From Acidimicrobiia bacterium (GTDB lineage: Bacteria > Actinomycetota > Acidimicrobiia > Spongiisociales > Spongiisociaceae): 64,000 nucleotides of DNA. Position 1 is the stretch's first letter. Each line of letters begins with the position of its first letter. The stretch is taken from NCBI GenBank assembly GCA_965231815.1, contig OZ246890.1, positions 2,747,351-2,811,350 on the forward strand, in the 5' to 3' direction. Both the position numbers and the translations under genes were made by a program. Below the pieces are notes generated by a model. It saw only the letters and a list, made by a program, of their open reading frames with translations, was not told the DNA's origin and did not search any database. Positions 10,216-19,390 of this stretch are shown piece by piece.

Positions 10216-11141
10216 CGGGTGGCGGTGACGGCCCCATCCTCTCCATCAACCGCGATCTAGTCGGCTACAGCTACACGTCCCGGCTCGCTCCCCGCCTGAC
10301 CGTGGCGCCAGGCGCGACCGTCCGGTTCGAGACTTGGGACGCGCGGGCGGGCGCCCTTCTCGACCGAGTAGCCGGAAGACCGTTCGATCTGCCACCCCCC
10401 ATACCAGGACGAGGGAATCCGCTGACCGGTCCGCTGGCCATAAGGGGCACCGAACCCGGCGATGCACTCCTGGTGACGATCGACGAAATAGAGTGCATCT
10501 CCCCCGGATGGTGCGGAGGTCACGCGCACGTTGGGCCGCTCCCACCCGGCCGTGTTCCTCGCCCACTGGGACGGGTATGCACCCACGACGGCGAGTTCGT
10601 CCACTTCGGCGGAGACGTGCGATTGCCGCTCTCGCCGATGATCGGATGCATCGGGACCGCGGTGACGGGTGACCCACCGAACGCGGGCCTTCCGGGGAGG
10701 CACGGCGGCAATCTGGACCACCCCGTCATCGCGACGGGGGCGGTGGTGTACCTTCCGGTCTTCGTCGACGGGGGGCTCCTCTACATAGGTGACGTTCACG
10801 CCGCCCAGGGCGACGGCGAACTGTCAGGGGTCGGCCTCGAGATCCCGGCCGAGGTCACGGTTACGGTGGATATCGACCGCGGGCGGCGCCTCAGGTGGCC
10901 GTGGGTCGTGAACGAGGATCGCGTGATCGTCATGACCTCGGCCCTCGAGTTCGCGGACGCCAGGCGGGAAGCCGTCGAACAGGTCGTTCGCGTTCTCGAG
11001 ATGCAACTCGGCTACGAGCCGGCAGATGCTCTCGGCCTCATCTCCGTCGCCGGCAACCTCCGGATCGGCCAGGCGTTCGGCGGGATGGAGATAACCCTGC
11101 GCCTCGAGATGCCGAGATCTCTGGGGATCGTTCCCGCCTAG
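10212..11141 (+). CDS. Acetamidase/formamidase family protein
   Basis: NPLTGP, HGGNLD, GDVHAAQGDGELSG motifs. Confidence 0.9.
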   Translation: MTGGGDGPILSINRDLVGYSYTSRLAPRLTVAPGATVRFETWDARAGALLDRVAGRPFDLPPPIPGRGNPLTGPLAIRGTEPGDALLVTIDEIECISPGWCGGHAHVGPLPPGRVPRPLGRVCTHDGEFVHFGGDVRLPLSPMIGCIGTAVTGDPPNAGLPGRHGGNLDHPVIATGAVVYLPVFVDGGLLYIGDVHAAQGDGELSGVGLEIPAEVTVTVDIDRGRRLRWPWVVNEDRVIVMTSALEFADARREAVEQVVRVLEMQLGYEPADALGLISVAGNLRIGQAFGGMEITLRLEMPRSLGIVPA

Positions 11142-11326
11142 GATTCACTACGGAGATTGGATTCTCACCTTTGAGCGGGCATGAATCAACAGAGAAGACG
11201 AAGGCCTACGAACGTCGGTGGGGAAGGCCGAGAGGGCTACACATTCACCATCGAACGTGGAGTGTCGCTCGGTTGAGTAACTTTCAGGTTGATTATGTAT
11301 ACTGTGGTTTCATTTTCGGGTGAAGG

Positions 11327-11620
11327 ATGGCAATGACATCTACCAGTGAATTACTGACCGGCAGCGGCGGTTACCCGCGCGATCTCATCGCAGCATGGGC
11401 TAGCGCCGCTATCTCTCATGCTGAAGTGGAGCCGATCCAAGACCCTAATGGGTACTTCGCCACGGTTCCGGGGGCGCTCGGCGCCTGGGGATTCGGAGAG
11501 ACCATCGCCGAGGCGATAGCCGAGTTGGAGGAAGTGCTAGTTGATTGGGCAACATTGAAGTTATCCAACGGCCGCAAGGGTATTCCTGCGATGGGCGGTA
11601 TCCATCTCGTCAGTGGATGA
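11327..11620 (+). CDS. hicB: HicB family antitoxin
   Basis: YFATVPGALGAWGFGETIAEAIAELEEVL is the HicB N-terminal fold pattern. Confidence 0.85.
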   Translation: MAMTSTSELLTGSGGYPRDLIAAWASAAISHAEVEPIQDPNGYFATVPGALGAWGFGETIAEAIAELEEVLVDWATLKLSNGRKGIPAMGGIHLVSG

Positions 11621-11844
11621 GTAGGCGACTTGCGCCAGTCAGCCACCGTGACCTCATCAGGCGGATGCGGCGGCTCGGTTGGAAAGGTCCGATACAAGGG
11701 TCCAAGCACCCTTACATGACCAAAGGCAGCATCGACGTGCGTATCCCGAACCCGCACTCCCATCAGGATGTGGGCATCGGTCTACTCAGGGGGATCCTGC
11801 GAGAAGCCCGGATATCCCGTAATGAGTGGCTAGGGCTCTCGTAG
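11617..11844 (+). CDS. hicA: HicA family mRNA interferase toxin
   Basis: ATGA overlap with hicB; LGWKGPIQGSKHPYM, IPNPH, GLLRGILREA. Confidence 0.88.
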   Translation: MSRRLAPVSHRDLIRRMRRLGWKGPIQGSKHPYMTKGSIDVRIPNPHSHQDVGIGLLRGILREARISRNEWLGLS

Positions 11845-12229
11845 TTGGAGATAACGGTTGGTTCCGTTGTTCGAACTGCTACTTAGATCGGCTTACTTCG
11901 GCGGCATGGAGATGACGCTGCGGCTTGAGATGACGAGATCACTGGGCATAGTTCCCGGATAGCACGGACCTCCCGGATCGAACTCCCCTTCTGTCGACCT
12001 CCGCTGCCTTCAAGATGAAGGCTATAGGGGCTGTTATTCGGAATGAGTCGGCCTATTCATTCGCGATCCCATGCCACTTAACTGTCGATGACTCCTTCGC
12101 CGATTCCACGCTCGAATCACTCGCCGACCGGATCGGCGCCAACGGCGGTTCCAGGACCGGACGATAGAATGTCTCGGGATAGGATGCACCCCCCACCACA
12201 GCCTTGCAGACAGATATAGGAGACCTCTC

Positions 12230-12622
12230 ATGCCTACCGCTCGCGGACCCTTCGACGTCACGATAGAGGCCGAGCCTCCTTTCCTGGAACGGGACGGCAT
12301 CAAGCTCAACCGGAACATGGTCCGCAAGCAGTACTCCGGAGACATGGTCGGAAGGTCCGAGGCTCAGATGGTCGCGGCCTACACGGCCATTCCGGGCTCG
12401 GCCGGATACGTCGCCATCGAGCACTTCACCGGCGCGGTCGGCGGCAGGTCGGGCTCGTTCGTCCTTCAGCACCACGGTTTGATGGATAAGGGCGTGGGCA
12501 CGTTGGCGGTGACGATCGTTCCGGACTCCGGCGCCGGTGAACTTGCCCGGATATCGGGTAGCCTCGAGATCCGCAACGTCGATGGAGAGCACTCCTACGT
12601 CCTTGAGTACGAGAATCGATGA
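12230..12622 (+). CDS. DUF3224 family protein
   Basis: AGYVAIEHFTGAVGGRSGSFVLQH, IVPDSGAGEL; AGGAG RBS. Confidence 0.85.
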   Translation: MPTARGPFDVTIEAEPPFLERDGIKLNRNMVRKQYSGDMVGRSEAQMVAAYTAIPGSAGYVAIEHFTGAVGGRSGSFVLQHHGLMDKGVGTLAVTIVPDSGAGELARISGSLEIRNVDGEHSYVLEYENR

Positions 12623-12908
12623 GCGAACGCTATGTGATGTTGCTTCAGGGCATCAACGTCGGGAGCCGCAATCGGGTACCGACGCCGGAACTCAGGTCGA
12701 GGCCGACCGACGCGGGCGACGCCTTCGGGGTCAACGTTCCCTGTGCCGTGTGAACGGCGGGCCAGGTGCGGGGGTGCTCGATCACAATACGTTGCGGGAA
12801 GTCGTCTCCGGCCCGTCGCGCTACCGGGTGAACGTCCTCTCGGAGAAGCCCGATCCCGAGGGGGTTGGACGCTGCTGGCGGAGGACCAACCACTACCACC
12901 GTTTTTGA
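12619..12908 (+). pseudogene. DUF1697 family pseudogene
   Basis: Starts MSERYVMLLQGINVGSRNRVPTPELR (family pattern YVALLRGINVG), early stop near 12753, further remnants in another frame. Confidence 0.65.
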
Positions 12909-12916
12909 GCATTCTC

Positions 12917-13942
12917 CTACGCGCGCTGCGCTACGACGGCGATGTGTTGGCCCTGCTGCACCGGCGCGCGCCAAGCGGCGGCTATAAGGTAACCGTCCAA
13001 GCCGGCGCGTACCTGCCAGGGATCGTCATCGATGCGACTGAAATCGTGTAACAACCCGATGACTTGGCCCTCCACGACTTCGGATCCGCATTCGAGGAGT
13101 GGTTCGTAGTGTCCGGGCCACGGCGCCGGGATGTAGCACTCCGGGTCAACCGCCTGGACAACACGCTGGGTTCCGGCGGCATGATGGGCTATTCGTTCCA
13201 CTTCGCCTTTCATCTGGCCTGCCAGAACTGCAGCAGCGATCACGCCGTGACGGGCGTAGCGAACCCCATCGGCGCTCACCGCCCCTCCCCAGCCGAACTC
13301 GCCGCCCACCGAGATATTTCCAGATCTTTCGGCATCGCTGGTCAGCAATCCGGGAGTGAGGTCCTGGTAGGTGAGGATGAAAGGCACACCGAACCACCGC
13401 GCCATCTCGAGCATCGCAGCCGCCCGGCTCTCGTCGGAGACAGTATGGAAGCTGGTCAGGGGCGCGAACCGGGCTACGTCGCCTCCGGCGTGGAGGTCGA
13501 CGACAACATGTACGTTGGGCCAGATTCGGGTTCTCACGAAGTCGGCTATCCGGTGGGTGATCCCTGAGACACCCGCGAAGCGCCCGGCTCCGTCGACGAA
13601 GGCCCGGTTGAGGTTGACACCGTCGGCGTCGACGCTCTCCCTCCGGCCCGACCGGAAGGACGGGGGGCTCAGGACCGGAACCAGCACCACCCTTCCGGTC
13701 ACTGCGGTCTGGTCGATCTCACGGATAAGGTGCTTAAGGGCTACCGGTCCCTCGTACTCGTCACCATGGGTGGACCCGAAGGCCACCAAGCCCTGACCTT
13801 CCCGGGCATCGGGCCCGACCCAGACGGTGAGCGGTACCAGCCATTCACCCCAGATGGAGTCGTGCGGAAGGCCCACCCAGTAGTCACGGCGTCCGGGTGA
13901 TTCGAGGTCCAGGCCGCAGGGCCTGATTATCTGCCTAGCCAT
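12917..13942 (-). CDS. Succinylglutamate desuccinylase/aspartoacylase (DoeB-like) deacylase
   Basis: HGDEYEG, NLNRAF, DLHAGG, EFGWG motifs. Confidence 0.88.
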   Translation of the reverse strand: MARQIIRPCGLDLESPGRRDYWVGLPHDSIWGEWLVPLTVWVGPDAREGQGLVAFGSTHGDEYEGPVALKHLIREIDQTAVTGRVVLVPVLSPPSFRSGRRESVDADGVNLNRAFVDGAGRFAGVSGITHRIADFVRTRIWPNVHVVVDLHAGGDVARFAPLTSFHTVSDESRAAAMLEMARWFGVPFILTYQDLTPGLLTSDAERSGNISVGGEFGWGGAVSADGVRYARHGVIAAAVLAGQMKGEVERIAHHAAGTQRVVQAVDPECYIPAPWPGHYEPLLECGSEVVEGQVIGLLHDFSRIDDDPWQVRAGLDGYLIAAAWRAPVQQGQHIAVVAQRA

Positions 13943-14013
13943 GCATCCTCCGGGAGTGCCGCATGGAACGATCTCGTGATCGCCCTGTCGTCGCATACCG
14001 ACGGACCGGCCCG

Positions 14014-14290
14014 CTAGTTGACACGGTGCTGCTCCACGAACTCGATGTCCACATACACACCCAGCCCGGGCGCGTCGGGCGCCGTCAGCGTCCCATCTGC
14101 GTTCAGAGACATCTCCCCGCCGGTCACACCGCGGCTCAGCCGGCTCTGCGCGGCGTTGAACTCGACGTAACGCCCTCCGGGGAGGGTAGACATGTAGTGA
14201 AGGCTGTAAGCATGCAAGAGATCAGAGATCCACGAGTGCGTGACCACATCGACGTTTCGCTCGGCAGCCAGACGGATGGTTATTCGAGGG
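14014..14290 (-). pseudogene. C-terminal fragment of a mandelate racemase-like enzyme
   Basis: VVTHSW, VEFN, APDAPGLGVYVD; no room for the N-terminal part before the next gene ends at 14298. Confidence 0.75.
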
Positions 14291-14297
14291 TGTCGGA

Positions 14298-15269
14298 TCA
14301 GCAGTCGACCGCGGATTCGAGCAGATCGAAGAGGCGGTCCACCTCGGCGGTCGTCTCCGGATCGAGCCGGAAACCGACCGGACCCCGGACCCGCGTGCTG
14401 TCGAATATGCCCTGCCTGACCAGGAGGTGTTTCTCGACGGCGATGAAACCGTCGAGTCCGGACTGCATCGACACGAGAGCGGTCAGCGGTCCGTTGATGG
14501 CGTTGATCCGCGCCTCGTCACCAGCCTCCAAGGCGCCCCACAAGGCCACGATCGCCCAGCAGACTTCCGCTCCCGGCATGGTCCCGACGATCCCCCGCCG
14601 GTAGCTGTCAACGAGAGCGATACCGCCCGACCCCTCGAACACCCTCGCGGCCCCTTCGGTCGCCTCGCGCAGTTCCGTAAGTCTGGGTCCGATAGGGACC
14701 GCCTCCGGCTTGAACAGGACCCTTTCTCGGTACTCATCGAGCAGTCGAGCCTGGAGACCGATGGACATGGGCCGGCCCACGTAACCGCTGGCGTCCTGGA
14801 TGACCAGCGGGACCTCGGTGGCGTCGAGCAACGACCGGTAGTAATCGGCGAGTTGATCATCTAGGCAGGGCACGGTCGCCGGTGGTATAGCCATTAGGGC
14901 GGACGCTCCGGCGCCCTGCGCGTGGAGTGCGTACTCGACGGCGACCTTCGTACTCTCCGCCCCGACGCTGATGATGACCGGTCCGAAGGAAAGACCTATA
15001 TCACAAGCCGTTTCGGCCAGCTTGCGACGTTCCTCGCCCGACAGCCTGAGCGTCTCCGACACCATCGCCATGACGATGCCGTTGACTCCGCATCCGTGCA
15101 TCCATCGAATCTCATCCTCCAGCACGCCCCGGTCGATGGAGTCGTCGTCGCGGAACGGTGTCTGGAACACCGGAAACACCCCGGTCAGCGCCTCCGCTCG
15201 CGTGTCCGGCGCCGGTCCGGCACTCCGTCCGCTCACCCGTGGCATCCGCCGGATCTCGGGACGGCGCAA
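14298..15269 (-). CDS. Dihydrodipicolinate synthase/N-acetylneuraminate lyase family aldolase (start uncertain)
   Basis: GVFPVFQTPF, LSGEER, AIPP, IQDA, FKPE Schiff-base Lys, GTMPG. Confidence 0.88.
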   Translation of the reverse strand: MRRPEIRRMPRVSGRSAGPAPDTRAEALTGVFPVFQTPFRDDDSIDRGVLEDEIRWMHGCGVNGIVMAMVSETLRLSGEERRKLAETACDIGLSFGPVIISVGAESTKVAVEYALHAQGAGASALMAIPPATVPCLDDQLADYYRSLLDATEVPLVIQDASGYVGRPMSIGLQARLLDEYRERVLFKPEAVPIGPRLTELREATEGAARVFEGSGGIALVDSYRRGIVGTMPGAEVCWAIVALWGALEAGDEARINAINGPLTALVSMQSGLDGFIAVEKHLLVRQGIFDSTRVRGPVGFRLDPETTAEVDRLFDLLESAVDC

Positions 15270-15285
15270 GCTGCCGCATCACGGG

Positions 15286-16071
15286 TCACGGCGCGATCAC
15301 CCCATCCGGATAGCGATCGAAGACCTTCACGTCGTGGATGGGCACGATGTGTCGGGCAGTGTTCCGGACCCTCTCGTAGCATTCCAAGGCCTCGTAAATG
15401 TTCTCACAAAGGCCGAGCATCTCACCGTCCTCCACGTTCTCGTAGAAGAAGTAGGAGTCCGAGATCGCCACGACACCGACCGAGGTGTCCACCTCGACCA
15501 CGATCGACTCGCGATGGTGCGCGCCCGACCACCAGGTACGCAGTCCGGGAGCGATCTCGTCCTCGTCCTCCAGCAGGCGAACCCTATCCCAGCTGTCCGT
15601 GACCAGATCAACCAACGTGTCCTTGGGTATCGATCTCCACCGATCGTCGTGAGGGTGGTCGTGCGTGGTATGAAAGTGAATCCAGCCTCGCTTGGCGATG
15701 CATATCTGCGCGGTCCTGAAGAGGTGGAGAGTTCCGGTGGTGTATAGCTCGAGGGGTGTGAGCAGGATGTGGGTGATATCGCCCGGGGTCAGGCCAACCG
15801 CCGCCAGCGCTCCGGTCATGTATTGGTCTGGCCGCCGCCGGAGGTCACCCTTGGGAGCATCGTGGAGGTATCGCATCTGCGGCCAACCCTGCTCGACCAT
15901 GGTGGTGTCGTCCGGTGGCGATGCGTTCACCAGTGCAGTGACACCTCCGCCCTGGATCAGCGTGACGTTGAACCCCAACGGGTAGACCTCACTCCAGCGG
16001 CTCATCCAGAACACCTCCGGCCCCGCGATCAGCGACTCACCCACGCTCAGAACCCGTACCGCGTAATCCAT
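15286..16071 (-). CDS. Metallo-beta-lactamase-fold (AHL-lactonase-like) protein lacking HxHxDH
   Basis: GLTPGDITHILLT, EIAPGL, GAHH, AISD, IVPIHD; TPLELY sits where HxHxDH is expected. Confidence 0.7.
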   Translation of the reverse strand: MDYAVRVLSVGESLIAGPEVFWMSRWSEVYPLGFNVTLIQGGGVTALVNASPPDDTTMVEQGWPQMRYLHDAPKGDLRRRPDQYMTGALAAVGLTPGDITHILLTPLELYTTGTLHLFRTAQICIAKRGWIHFHTTHDHPHDDRWRSIPKDTLVDLVTDSWDRVRLLEDEDEIAPGLRTWWSGAHHRESIVVEVDTSVGVVAISDSYFFYENVEDGEMLGLCENIYEALECYERVRNTARHIVPIHDVKVFDRYPDGVIAP

Positions 16072-16139
16072 GTCCTGCCTCCTCTCATGCGAACCAGGCT
16101 CCGGCAGCCGATTGTCGGCAGGCCGTGATAATCCGGCGG

Positions 16140-17159
16140 CTAACCGAACCTACCAGCCGAGCCCTCGAACTCGGTGAGGTCTACCGGTCGTCCCTCCTCG
16201 ATCGACCTGTCCATCGCGAGCGCGGCCAAGAGAGCGGCGCGGGCATCGGCCAGGGTGAGCGGCCAGGCTCGCCCGTCCCGCACCCGGCCGAGAAAGAAGG
16301 CGTCCTCGGAAGGCAGCGCTCCGTAGGGAACCCCGTTCGGGTACGAGTAATATCCGGAGTGGATTTGTTCGATGCCGTCCTCGCTGAAGACCACCGCCGG
16401 CGAATCGCGGGTCTCCACGTAGGCGCTCCCTCGCGTTCCGAAAACGGCTAGACGATGGTCGCTGCGGAGTCCCGAATCGGAGGGCAGGATCCAGTTGTGG
16501 TCGAGAGCACCTACGGCGCCGGAGACAAACCGTACCGTGGCCACCGCCGCATCCGGCCCGGGCCCCACAACCTCGTGTCGCGCCGCCTCCGCATATACCC
16601 GCTCGATATCACCCACGAGCCACCTCATCACATCAAGGTCGTGAATCGCCATCTCCTGCGGTATGGTGGTACGCCCGGAGATGATCCTGCCCTCGTAATC
16701 GGGCGCATTCCATCGCGCCGACAAATGCACGATCTCGCCGAGCCTTCCCGTTACTACCGCTTGGTGGACCGCGACGTAGTTGGGATCGAAGCGCAGGGTG
16801 TGCCCGATGACCAGGCTGCCGGTGGTTGACGCGTCTAGCTCGATCATCCGGTCGGCATCGTCGAGCGAAGAGGCGAACGGCTTCTCGCAAAAGACATGCA
16901 GCCCGCGGATCATCCCTGCATCCACCACGGGCAGATGGACCTGTTGGGGAGTGCAAACCCAGAGTGCTTCCAGACCTTCCGTGTCAAGGGCGTCATCGAG
17001 GTCAGCCGTGAACCGGATACCCGCCGGTACTCCCGCAGCGGCCGCCGGGTCCGTGTCGCAGATTACGGTGAGATCGGCCATCGGGTTCGCGGCCAGAATT
17101 CTGGCGTGTTCACGACCGATCATCCCGTGACCGACGAGTGCACATCGGACTGGTTGCAT
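16140..17159 (-). CDS. Gfo/Idh/MocA family oxidoreductase
   Basis: VGHGMIG, CEKP, GHTLRF, IHDLD motifs. Confidence 0.92.
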   Translation of the reverse strand: MQPVRCALVGHGMIGREHARILAANPMADLTVICDTDPAAAAGVPAGIRFTADLDDALDTEGLEALWVCTPQQVHLPVVDAGMIRGLHVFCEKPFASSLDDADRMIELDASTTGSLVIGHTLRFDPNYVAVHQAVVTGRLGEIVHLSARWNAPDYEGRIISGRTTIPQEMAIHDLDVMRWLVGDIERVYAEAARHEVVGPGPDAAVATVRFVSGAVGALDHNWILPSDSGLRSDHRLAVFGTRGSAYVETRDSPAVVFSEDGIEQIHSGYYSYPNGVPYGALPSEDAFFLGRVRDGRAWPLTLADARAALLAALAMDRSIEEGRPVDLTEFEGSAGRFG

Positions 17160-17217
17160 CTGTCGTCCCCTCGTCGTCCGATCACTTAACCGCTGGATCA
17201 GTGACCGTTGATTCTAG

Positions 17218-17327
17218 GAGGGTGCTGAGAAACCCCGCACAAAGGGGTTCAGCCGTTAACCCGCAACCCTCTGACCGGGCGCTTTACCAACCACAGAACC
17301 CCGAAAGACTCGTTTTTCAGGACTCTC
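17218..17327 (+). mobile_element. MITE copy 1 (110 bp, IS5-like ends)
   Basis: Ends GAGGGTGCTGAGAAAC / GTTTTTCAGGACTCTC, flanked CTAG...CTAG; similar to copies at 24184, 30203 and 37056. Confidence 0.8.
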
Positions 17328-17348
17328 CTAGTGGTCGAAGAGAATGCC

Positions 17349-19289
17349 CTACAGTTCCAGCCTCCCGATAGCCTCGACCGCCGCCGGGTTTTCGAGGCTG
17401 GTCAGGTCTCCCGGGTCCTTTCCCAAAGCCCGGGCGCGGACAACCCGGCGCATGATCTTTGCCGAACGAGTACGGGGCAGGTCGTCGACCAGCCTTATGT
17501 CGGCAGGTCTGAATGCCTTACCGAGACTGCCCACTACGGCGTCGGACAGTTCACGTTTCAATCCTTCCCTGCCCATCGGGGGATCGCTGGTCACTGCATA
17601 GACCGCGATGACTTCGCCCTTGACCGGGTGGGGGACCCCGATCGCAGCCGCCATGACCACGCGGGGGTGTGCGACCACCGCCGATTCGATCTCAGCCGGT
17701 CCGATGCGCTTGCCTGCGATGTTGAGGGTGTCGTCGGATCGCCCGTGAAGGTACCAATACCCATCCCCGTCGATCAATGCCCAGTCGCCGTGTACCCATA
17801 CGTCCGGCCAACGCGCCCAGTACGTCTCGTGGTAGCGATCATCATCGCCCCAGAAACCTCTCGTCATCCCCGGCCACGGCTTGGTACAGACCAATTCCCC
17901 GACTTCGTCCCGAACCGGCTTCCCCTCCTGGTCGTAGACATCCACCGCCATCCCGAGGGCGGGTCCACCCAGGGAAACGGGTTTGATCCCCTGGAGAATG
18001 TGTGCGGTCAGCAGGCACGCTCCCACCTCGGTTCCTCCCGAGATATTGATGATCGGGCGCTTTTTGTCCCCTACCTCGTCAAACAACCACCACCAGGGGT
18101 CCGGGTTCCACGGTTCACCGGTGGAACCGAAGGCCCGCAGAGTCGCCAGGTCGGACTCAGCGGCCTCTCGGGCGCCGTGCGGTTGGAGGGCGCGGATAAG
18201 GGTGGGGGAAATACCGAGGACGGTTATCCCCAGGGACTCGACCAGCCGCCATGTCCGACCCGGAGTCGGATAGTCGGGCGCCCCGTCGTAACATCCGAGC
18301 GAGGCCCCGTTCGCCAACCCGGCCACAACCATCCAGGGTCCCATGATCCAACCCATGTCGGTCATCCACATCACTCGGTCGCTCGGTCTCAACTCGAACT
18401 GGAAGGCGCCCTCCACCGCCAGCTTCACTGTCAAGCCACCCTGAACATGAACTACACCCTTCGGTTTACCGGTAGTACCCGACGTGTAGGCGAGCAGTAC
18501 CGGATCTTCAGCGCTGGTGGGAACGGGCCCCATCGCTTCGGCATCTTCTAGTGCGTTGTCCCACCACCGATCCCTGCCCGGGATGACCGGAGTATCGGTT
18601 CTTCCAAGATTGGAAACGACCAACACCGTGGGATCGGCGCCGGACATCTCGATAGCCCGATCAGCAGTCTCCTTCATATCCACCGGTTTGCCGCGCCTGG
18701 TGTAGGCATCCGCGGTGACAACCACCGCAGGATCGGAGGCGGCCAGGCGCGATGCGACAGCTTCAGCGCCGAATCCCGAAAAGATCGGGACATAGATGGC
18801 TCCGATACGGGCAGCGGCCAGCATCGACACCACCGCCTCCACCGTCATCGGCAGATACACAGCCACGGTATCGCCCTTCGATGCCCCCGCTTCGGTGAAG
18901 GCCCCGGCTGCCTTCTCGACGGAGGCAAGGAGTTCTCCGAAGGTGTAGGAACGCTGATAGCCGTCCTCGCGCTCAGCAATGAGGGCCACCCGGTGGGGAT
19001 CGATACTTGCCCATCGGTCCACGCAGGCTTCCGACAGATTGACCTCCCCTCCCGAGAACCAGCGCGGGAAAGCTATGCCGTCGGCGGTGTCGAGAATGGT
19101 GTCATACGGTTTCGAGAACGGGATCCCCAGGTATCGGACGGCCGCGTCCCAGAACCACTCGATCTCAGCGATCGAGCGGTCTACCAGCCGGGGGTAACTA
19201 TCGATTCCATGCAATCCCATGAACTCGACTGTTCGAGAGCGAGCCAGATCCCTCTTAGCGGCCCGCCAGGCAAGTTGTTTCGTTTCCAT
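17349..19289 (-). CDS. Acetate-CoA ligase-like AMP-forming acyl-CoA synthetase
   Basis: YTSGTTGKPKG, SGGTE, GRSDD, LPRTRSAKIMRR; AGGAG RBS before METKQ. Confidence 0.9.
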   Translation of the reverse strand: METKQLAWRAAKRDLARSRTVEFMGLHGIDSYPRLVDRSIAEIEWFWDAAVRYLGIPFSKPYDTILDTADGIAFPRWFSGGEVNLSEACVDRWASIDPHRVALIAEREDGYQRSYTFGELLASVEKAAGAFTEAGASKGDTVAVYLPMTVEAVVSMLAAARIGAIYVPIFSGFGAEAVASRLAASDPAVVVTADAYTRRGKPVDMKETADRAIEMSGADPTVLVVSNLGRTDTPVIPGRDRWWDNALEDAEAMGPVPTSAEDPVLLAYTSGTTGKPKGVVHVQGGLTVKLAVEGAFQFELRPSDRVMWMTDMGWIMGPWMVVAGLANGASLGCYDGAPDYPTPGRTWRLVESLGITVLGISPTLIRALQPHGAREAAESDLATLRAFGSTGEPWNPDPWWWLFDEVGDKKRPIINISGGTEVGACLLTAHILQGIKPVSLGGPALGMAVDVYDQEGKPVRDEVGELVCTKPWPGMTRGFWGDDDRYHETYWARWPDVWVHGDWALIDGDGYWYLHGRSDDTLNIAGKRIGPAEIESAVVAHPRVVMAAAIGVPHPVKGEVIAVYAVTSDPPMGREGLKRELSDAVVGSLGKAFRPADIRLVDDLPRTRSAKIMRRVVRARALGKDPGDLTSLENPAAVEAIGRLEL

Positions 19290-19390
19290 GATGAGAGTTC
19301 TCCTCATTCTCGGCTCCGTAATGCGGGTATTCCACCCTATCGGCCGGTTTCCCTGGCGCTGAACGCCTCGCTTCCCCGGAACGTGACACC

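Larger units (their letters stand above)
11076..11962 (+). repeat. Diverged 66-bp direct repeat (11076-11141 and 11897-11962) of the acetamidase 3' end flanking hicBA
   Basis: Copies translate FGGMEITLRLEMPRSLGIVPA* and FGGMEMTLRLEMTRSLGIVPG*; 11 mismatches by manual count. Confidence 0.9.
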
